A model generated the notes under the pieces. That model had not been told where the DNA came from. It saw only the letters and a program-made list of their open reading frames with translations, and made no database searches. A DNA stretch of 64,000 nucleotides from a virus. Below are positions 57,739 to 64,000 of the stretch, piece by piece. The translations under genes and the position numbers were made by a program. The stretch covers positions 1,174 to 65,173 of the IMG/VR virus record IMGVR_UViG_3300017791_000124; one strand, written 5' to 3'. Within the stretch, counting starts at the first letter, position 1. Each line of letters opens with the position of its first letter.

Positions 57739-60333
57739 ATGTCTGATCAATATCTTCCGCACAAGCCGAGCGAACTGTCGAGCGCCGAATGGGAATACAT
57801 CTTGGCGCGCGACTTGCGCCATTGCGCGCGTTATCGTGAGTGCAGCCGCACTGGCCAGACCGCATTCTGCTCCGATCAAATCGACATCGATCATGCGCAG
57901 CCGAAAGAACTCGGCGGTGATGATACGATCGGCAACATGCGGCTACTGTGCTTCAGCTACAATCGCGGTCGCATCAGTGAGCCACTGGAGAAGTGGGCCG
58001 AACAAAATTATTGGGACAGGCACGATCAGCTTGTTGTCGGTAAGCTGCGGGAAATCCAACGGTTGGTTGGTTGGGATTCGATTGGCGACATTGAACATCA
58101 GATCGAAGTGCCCGGCTATTTCCGCCGCGCCCTACTTGGCACGATCACGCTATTGCCGGGTGCGACCGGGATCGGCAAATCACTCTTGATGCAAGCAGCG
58201 CTGTTTCGTTTCAACAAGTTGATCGGTCTCGGCTTCCCGCGTGTGAAGTCGGTGTTGTGGCTCACAAACGACACGACGTTGCGCGATATGGCCGCGACCG
58301 AGATCGAGACGGAAGCATTTGAAGTTGTGAAGATGATCGATCGTCCACCCGTCGTTCACAAGGCGCGGGCGTTTGACGATCTGTTGCGCGGCCCAATGGG
58401 TGCTGATGTCACGGTCTCGACCGTACAGGCATTATGGAAGCGTGAGGACGGTGACGGCGATCAGATGCGCAGCGATGGTGAGAGGCTCGCGGCGCTGAAT
58501 CACTTCGACACGATTGTCTTCGACGAATGCGATTGGGGCAGCTATCAAGTTCATGGGATTTCTGACGTTGGTCGTCATGCGCTGCAATTCGCACTGACTG
58601 CGTCGCCGTTGACGTTCGATACGACGGATGATCCCAAGCGCGCCGAAGAGTTTATCAAGCGCTTTGTGTTGATCGCACCGGAAGCGATTGCTGACTATGA
58701 GCGGGCGCTCAAGTTCGATGCTTGTCTCAAACTGCTGGAGAAAGCGACAGTTGGGCCAAAGCACAAGGGATTTGATTTTCTCAAAAGCGGGCATGTCAAG
58801 ACCGAGAACGACCAGAACATGCCGCGCGACCATGCGCTCTATCGTGGTCTGATCCTGCAGGCTGTCGTCGAGGCCGACAATCTTGAAACGCGGATGAAAG
58901 AGACGCATCCTGATGAATATTACTCGCCGCACATCATGGTGCGAATGGATACGATCCAAGAATTGCTGGCGATGAAGACTGATTTGGAGCAGCATCTTTC
59001 GAACTTATGCGCCGAAGGCACACTTGTGAATGATGGCTGGGGCGTCTCGGCTATCTTTATGGGCCGGCAGATGGCGAAGATGCCAGCCGAAGAGCGTGAT
59101 CTATCGAGGCGCCGGGGCGATCAGTGGCTTCATCCATTCATGCTGGCGAAGAACCATCACGGTCGCGCCGTGCGCGGATCGAAGCGCATTCTTCTCATGT
59201 GCAACATTGCGCTGCGCGGCATCAACAACTGGGTAATCAACACCATCGTCGACTGCGCGGTTAATGAATCAGTTGGCACAATTATTCAATTCGATTGGGG
59301 CAGACCGCTTCGATTGCCGATGCATTTGGCGCACTGGACAGGCGACAAGGCGACCGATGATGAGCGCGAGTTCGTCACCGTGAAGGTGTGGCTGCCGCAG
59401 GTTGAGGGATTCGAAACCAAGCGCGATGCTGTCGAGCGTGCGCGGGCGTTCATTGTCAACATGCTGCCGCTACTGCGCGACGCCGGATTTCTGACTTGGA
59501 ACGATCTGATCGAAGGTAAGCGTCCAAGCGATACTGACGTTGTGATCGATCCGAGCAATCGGCCGCTTACACAAGGCGAGAAGTTCGCGATCCAAGGGGC
59601 GCTGGCGCAGGCCGCCGAGACCAATGCACTGAGTAAGGAAAATGTTGAGTCAATCGTTGCGCCGCTTTTCCCAGATGTTGGCCAGCGTGTGCGCAAGCGC
59701 AGCATCGAATATGCCGCCAAGCTACTCGATCCGGTATTCCGCGATCATGAGACACTCAACACACAAATGGTCAAGGAAGTGGTGTTCAATCCGGAAAACG
59801 TAATGAACCGATTGCGCCCGCAGGAAGTCTACGATCCGGAAGACCTGATCCGCTGGATTCGCCACGATCCGAGATATAAGGGCTACACCGATCGCTACAT
59901 CCAACGGATCAACGACAGCGATGAGATCGTCATTCACGCTGTGTCGGATGCACTGCGTAAGATGCAGATCGCGAATTATCGGCCGCCGGCGCGCACCTAT
60001 CGGCTGCATGGCCACAAGGGTGACCCGGGCGTGCTGATCGAGATCGCAGGAGAACTGAAAGAGCATCTCAGAGGCGCAAGGCAACTGCCGGATAATGATG
60101 GTGAAGTGAACAAGGAGATCGTCGGTGCAGCCAAAATGCTATTCGACATCACCGACGCCAGCGAAGGCGGCCCGATGGATCATCCCGCATATCACATTGC
60201 TATGCTCTGCAAGCATCGGCGCAAGCTGCAGGCAATGGCGCGCGGGCGACTGATCACCAAGGGATTACTGGGGCAAGCGATGAAGAGGTTCGCAAGCAAT
60301 GAGCACGCCGACGCGAACGCAAGTTGCGAATAA
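57739..60333 (+). CDS. HNH endonuclease fused to an SF2 (restriction-type) helicase
   Basis: DIDHAQPKELGG....NMRLLC..YN; GATGIGKS; IVFDECD; LTAS; QFDWGRPLR; lower GC than flanks. Confidence 0.75.
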   Translation: MSDQYLPHKPSELSSAEWEYILARDLRHCARYRECSRTGQTAFCSDQIDIDHAQPKELGGDDTIGNMRLLCFSYNRGRISEPLEKWAEQNYWDRHDQLVVGKLREIQRLVGWDSIGDIEHQIEVPGYFRRALLGTITLLPGATGIGKSLLMQAALFRFNKLIGLGFPRVKSVLWLTNDTTLRDMAATEIETEAFEVVKMIDRPPVVHKARAFDDLLRGPMGADVTVSTVQALWKREDGDGDQMRSDGERLAALNHFDTIVFDECDWGSYQVHGISDVGRHALQFALTASPLTFDTTDDPKRAEEFIKRFVLIAPEAIADYERALKFDACLKLLEKATVGPKHKGFDFLKSGHVKTENDQNMPRDHALYRGLILQAVVEADNLETRMKETHPDEYYSPHIMVRMDTIQELLAMKTDLEQHLSNLCAEGTLVNDGWGVSAIFMGRQMAKMPAEERDLSRRRGDQWLHPFMLAKNHHGRAVRGSKRILLMCNIALRGINNWVINTIVDCAVNESVGTIIQFDWGRPLRLPMHLAHWTGDKATDDEREFVTVKVWLPQVEGFETKRDAVERARAFIVNMLPLLRDAGFLTWNDLIEGKRPSDTDVVIDPSNRPLTQGEKFAIQGALAQAAETNALSKENVESIVAPLFPDVGQRVRKRSIEYAAKLLDPVFRDHETLNTQMVKEVVFNPENVMNRLRPQEVYDPEDLIRWIRHDPRYKGYTDRYIQRINDSDEIVIHAVSDALRKMQIANYRPPARTYRLHGHKGDPGVLIEIAGELKEHLRGARQLPDNDGEVNKEIVGAAKMLFDITDASEGGPMDHPAYHIAMLCKHRRKLQAMARGRLITKGLLGQAMKRFASNEHADANASCE

Positions 60334-61039
60334 GGTCTTCGAAGTCGCAAAGGGCGTCGATCCAATTGGTTACGGCCGAGGGATCGACGACATCCCGAAA
60401 GATTTTGCGCGCGCCGACGGAGCAAGGGAGGTTGCCGTGCTCACCCTCACGGCGATCTCTCACGACTATGAATTCAAGCCTGTCATGGCCGCGCTGGAAA
60501 AACTGGCGGCGCTGGAGGATTGGTCGCATTCGTTTTTTGTGGCTCATATTGCGCGCAACGAGCGACCGACATTCGACTGGCGTGAAGCGCCGATGCGCAA
60601 GTACGAGTCGTTTGCTGATTTCTATCAGCGCGAACTCGAACACACGTTCGGCACATGGGAGAATTTGCAACACACATGGGCAAAGATCGTCAAAGGCGAG
60701 ATCACTGAGCCTCAAGGGCGCGAGATCATCCAGCGCAGCAAGATGCGAGCGTCGCGAGGCGGGGATCAACGTAGTAACAACAAAAATGCCACTACCTTGA
60801 TCGGTAAGGATCGTGGTCGCCCCTACACGATGGCTCGCCTCGACCGCGATCGTCCTGACCTCGCCGCCAAGGTTGATGCTGGATTGATGACCTCCAACGC
60901 CGCCGCCATCGAGGCGGGCTTCCGCAAGCCGAGACCGAGCCGCAAGCTCACCGGCCTCGATCGGCTGCGCTCGGCATGGGCCAAGGCGAGCGAAGACGAG
61001 CGCAAAATCTTCCGCGACGAGATCACACGCGATGGTTAG
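60299..61039 (+). CDS. Hypothetical DNA-binding protein
   Basis: RGGDQRS...YTMARLDRDRPDLAAKV..G.MTSNAAAIEAG; overlaps the helicase stop. Confidence 0.65.
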   Translation: MSTPTRTQVANKVFEVAKGVDPIGYGRGIDDIPKDFARADGAREVAVLTLTAISHDYEFKPVMAALEKLAALEDWSHSFFVAHIARNERPTFDWREAPMRKYESFADFYQRELEHTFGTWENLQHTWAKIVKGEITEPQGREIIQRSKMRASRGGDQRSNNKNATTLIGKDRGRPYTMARLDRDRPDLAAKVDAGLMTSNAAAIEAGFRKPRPSRKLTGLDRLRSAWAKASEDERKIFRDEITRDG

Positions 61040-61321
61040 GTGCATGCTCACGGAGTTGTATCGCGACGCACAAAAACGGAGCGCGATCGAGATGAAAAAA
61101 CCCCTTCCGCAATTCGCGTTTTTTGAATTGCGGAGAATTGCGGAATTGCGTCCGCAATTCAACGGCGCGAAACCCCCTACGGGGGAATTGCGGAATACTT
61201 CCGCAAATGCCCTCCGCGTGCGCTGCGGGCATGTTTCCCCCCGTAGGGAGATCATCGCGCCTTCGCAATTGCGGAATGCGGCACAACCTGCAACCCAACG
61301 GGAACCGGAAGGGAGCACACC

Positions 61322-61645
61322 ATGCAACCCGGCGCCGTGCTGATGACAGCGGGCAAGCTCTCGGCCGGCGACGTCGAGCGGCTGCGCGAGCGGTGGCGTC
61401 GACTGCAAAACGATCCACACCGCGCGATCGTCCTCGACGCAGTGGCCGGCGGTCTGCTCTCGCCCAACCAAGCACGCGCTATGGTCTTCGGTCCCGGGAT
61501 GCGCGTCGAATGTCTCGGCCCGGTCCCGCTGCAGTCGCGACCATTGCCGATTCCGTTTTGCTGGGGCCCGAACGGCGCGTTGCTGTTGCTGCTCGCGATG
61601 CTCGCGGGCTACGCGATCGCCGTCGCACTTTGGTGGGCCGCATGA
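61322..61645 (+). CDS. Hypothetical protein with C-terminal TM
   Basis: GGAG RBS; coupled to the nusG-like gene. Confidence 0.5.
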   Translation: MQPGAVLMTAGKLSAGDVERLRERWRRLQNDPHRAIVLDAVAGGLLSPNQARAMVFGPGMRVECLGPVPLQSRPLPIPFCWGPNGALLLLLAMLAGYAIAVALWWAA

Positions 61646-62133
61646 GCGAACCGTATTGGACCGTCGCGGTTGCGATGTCTCAGCGGGAAGACCTCGTGAA
61701 GCACCATCTCGATCGCGAGGGCTTCGAGACCTACGTGCCGAAGATCAGGACCGCGCCGAAACGGACGGCGCCGCTGTTTCCCGGCTACCTCATGGTGCGC
61801 GTCGTCGTGCGCTGGTATCCGATCCGCTGGTGCCCCGGCGTGCTGAAGCTCTTGATGGACGGCGAGAGGCCGGCAAAGCTGAGAGATGCGATCGTGGATG
61901 AGATCAAAGGTCGAGAAGTGCGCGGCTTCGTCAAGCTGCCCAAGCCGCCGACGCTGGAGAACGGAACGACCGTGCGCGTCACCATGCCGGGCAACTTCAT
62001 GGGCAAGGTTGGGATTTACGAAGGCATGAGCGGATCACAGCGCGAGAAGGTGCTGCTCGAACTGCTCGGCCAGAGCGTGACGGTGACGCTCCCCGCCGGC
62101 AACGTCGAGCCGATCGCGGGCCCGTTTCGCTAA
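61642..62133 (+). CDS. NusG/RfaH-family transcription antiterminator
   Basis: PLFPGYLMVR, KOW-like VRVT..G.F.G..G...LLELLG. Confidence 0.85.
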   Translation: MSEPYWTVAVAMSQREDLVKHHLDREGFETYVPKIRTAPKRTAPLFPGYLMVRVVVRWYPIRWCPGVLKLLMDGERPAKLRDAIVDEIKGREVRGFVKLPKPPTLENGTTVRVTMPGNFMGKVGIYEGMSGSQREKVLLELLGQSVTVTLPAGNVEPIAGPFR

Positions 62134-62356
62134 TTGCCGGCAATTGTCGCTAATTCAGAGGCACGCCATATCTTGCGCATCTCTCGGATCGGCGCTACAA
62201 GCGGCGGCATCCCACACAAGACGCATGCTTTTTCCGCGCGATCGTTGCCCATTTGGCGACAGGTCGCAGCGCAGCGCGTTTTGCGTTTCTGCCGGCAGTG
62301 TCCGCGTCTTGATGGTGGGAACCTTACTTCGCGTTCTTCCTCCCGGCAGATAGGGC

Positions 62357-62670
62357 GTGCTCGATGCTCACACACCGTCGAGCACGCCTAACCTTTTCGC
62401 TGATGGTGCCAACACGGTCGAGTGGATCGTCGCTCTCACCCTGCTCGTCTTTGTCATCGCCTTCGTCGTCGTGGGCTTCATGTCGACGCTCGGTGAATAT
62501 CGGTGACCCATGGCCGTCGATCTCACACCATGGCTGATCGTGCTCGTGTTCACCGGCTTCGTCGTCGCGCTCGCGCTGCGGCCCTTGCGGTGAACGATCG
62601 CGTGCTGATCGGGCTGTTGCTCATGTTCGCGGTGCTCGCAGCCGTGTTCGTCGTCCTGATGCAACGATGA
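62357..62670 (+). CDS. Three tandem single-TM micropeptides (62357-62506, 62510-62593, 62590-62670)
   Basis: Each is a hydrophobic helix; 3-nt gap, then GTGA and ATGA overlaps into the HNH gene. Confidence 0.45.
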
Positions 62671-63572
62671 AAGTCCGCTCGGAAGCTGCAGCACCTTGGA
62701 CGAAATGGTATCGCTGGCGCCGCTGGAAACAGATGCGCGCGCACCAACTGGCGTTCGAGCCGCTGTGCCGCCTGTGCAAGCGCAACGGCAAGATCACGCC
62801 GGCGAACATCGTCGACCACGTCGAGCGTCACTTCGGCGATCCGGAAAAATTCTGGTGCGGCGAACTGCAGAGCGTGTGCCGCTACTGCCACGAAGTGCGG
62901 AAAAAATTCATCGAGTCACGCGGCTACGATCGCGCCGTCGGTCCCGACGGATGGCCGCTCGATCCGAACCATCCCGCCAACCTGCCGCGCGACGTCTTCC
63001 GCAGATTCGGCTTTTCCATCCCGCACAATCTGCGCGCTTCGGCGATCCCGGTTTTTCTCGTCTGCGGCCCACCGGCTTCGGGAAAAACAACGTGGGTCAA
63101 CACGCGCAAGGCGTTCGGCGACACCGTCATTTCGCTCGACGACTGCAAGATCGCTGTCGGCGGTCGAGCTTGGGACACCGATCGCAGGATTTTCCGTCGT
63201 GCCATGGCTTATCGCGACAGCATGCTGCGGATGCTGGCGCTGAAAACACAGGGTCGAGCTTTCGTTGTGATCGGAGGACCAACACAGGCAGAGCGTGATG
63301 CGTGGTGTAAGGCTCTCGGTGTCGAGTCCGACAACGTCGTGGTGCTCGACACTCCCGCCGACGAGTGCATTCGCCGACTCGGCGCTGATCCTGCTCGCGC
63401 TCTGGCTCGTGCGGATTTGGAAAATGGCGTGAAGCGTTGGCACTTCCTGTACAGGAAGGGTGCGCCCGGCAGCGCTTCACTGGAGATCACTGGCACTATG
63501 GCCGAGCGCACAGCGATTGCACCTGAGACGTGGAGTTCAGTTGTATCATGGCGATCGCCGCAAATAGGCTAA
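62667..63572 (+). CDS. Packaging-type HNH endonuclease fused to a P-loop (AAA_33-like) kinase
   Basis: EPLCRLC...VDHV..H.GD...QSVCRYCH; VCGPPASGKTT. Confidence 0.82.
   Translation: MKVRSEAAAPWTKWYRWRRWKQMRAHQLAFEPLCRLCKRNGKITPANIVDHVERHFGDPEKFWCGELQSVCRYCHEVRKKFIESRGYDRAVGPDGWPLDPNHPANLPRDVFRRFGFSIPHNLRASAIPVFLVCGPPASGKTTWVNTRKAFGDTVISLDDCKIAVGGRAWDTDRRIFRRAMAYRDSMLRMLALKTQGRAFVVIGGPTQAERDAWCKALGVESDNVVVLDTPADECIRRLGADPARALARADLENGVKRWHFLYRKGAPGSASLEITGTMAERTAIAPETWSSVVSWRSPQIG
63460..63557 (-). ncRNA. Orphan TIGR-like guide block E (2 units), antisense within the HNH gene 3' end
   Basis: GCGCCCGGCA-9nt-TGGAGATCA-9nt-TGGCCGAGCGC...GCGATTGCA-9nt-TGGAGTTCA-9nt-TGGCGATCGC. Confidence 0.75.
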
Positions 63573-63600
63573 CAGCCCTTTCTCTATCCGGACAACCTAC

Positions 63601-63969
63601 AAGAAGTCTCTGTGCTGCAGGCACATCTTGCATCGATGTAAGAAACCTCTGCGCTGCAAGCACTTGTGACACATAGAGACGCACTGAGACGCATGGAGAC
63701 AACAGTTTCACGTGAAACGATCAAAGAAGTCCTTGTGCTGCAGCCACATCTACGATTCAAAAAGTCACTGTGGCACAGGCACTTCTCGCATTGGTGAGAT
63801 ACACTGAGACGTAGTGAGACGTACTGAGACGTATGGGACGCATGGAGATAGAAGGATATTCTTCCCCTGCAGGCAGAGCGCTAAAAGCTCAATCATATCA
63901 AATGGTTGCATGGCATATGCGGAACGGTCCTTGGCGTCTTCCTAATCCTTCAATGAAATCAAAGACTTA
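63601..63969. promoter_or_regulatory. Repeat-rich non-coding region (candidate cos/packaging or control locus)
   Basis: Four ~28-bp direct repeats, GAGAC decamers, parS-like GTTTCACGTGAAAC (63705-63718) and IHF-consensus sites (~63896, ~63957). Confidence 0.55.
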
Positions 63970-64000
63970 CCAAGGGGCCAAAACAAGCCCCTAGGAAGCC

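Noticed and set aside
1-64000. tRNA, rRNA and terminase genes
   Set aside because: None were recognisable by eye; tRNAscan-SE and HMM searches would be needed to exclude them fully.

Overview
The whole window is high-GC temperate phage DNA. It looks alphaproteobacterial (Rhizobiales/Bradyrhizobium-like; inferred from gene content) and shows no host genes. The + strand from 1 to 31.3 kb holds the late operon: two putative virion-packaged GNAT effectors, a fused HK97 protease-capsid, portal, Mu-like contractile tail and baseplate, fibres and a GH19 endolysin. From 31.3 to 53 kb is a mostly - strand accessory/early region containing a MoxR-DUF3150-vWA module, an intact attP-like site with a tyrosine integrase, AlpA, RecT and YqaJ. 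From 53.4 to 63.6 kb is a + strand replication/late-control region: RuvC-like resolvase, primase-helicase, MT-A70 methyltransferase, HNH-SF2 helicase, NusG and an HNH-kinase. No terminase gene was seen. The main finding is a TIGR-Tas-like RNA-guided system. It consists of a nuclease-less IS110/Nop-domain protein (47542-48396) and 22 stem-loop guide units of the form CCA-[9 nt]-TGAACTCCA-[9 nt]-TG, with two alternating stems, split over five blocks. One block is an orphan 12 kb away inside the HNH gene. Two guides from different blocks reconstruct overlapping targets (14/16 identical) that resemble TGAGAC att/Xis-type repeats. Other findings are a repeated structured RNA leader in front of six early genes, an overprinted ORF inside an effector gene, a parS-like palindrome and 10-bp-period repeats at three control loci. 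All calls come from manual motif reading; no database searches were run.
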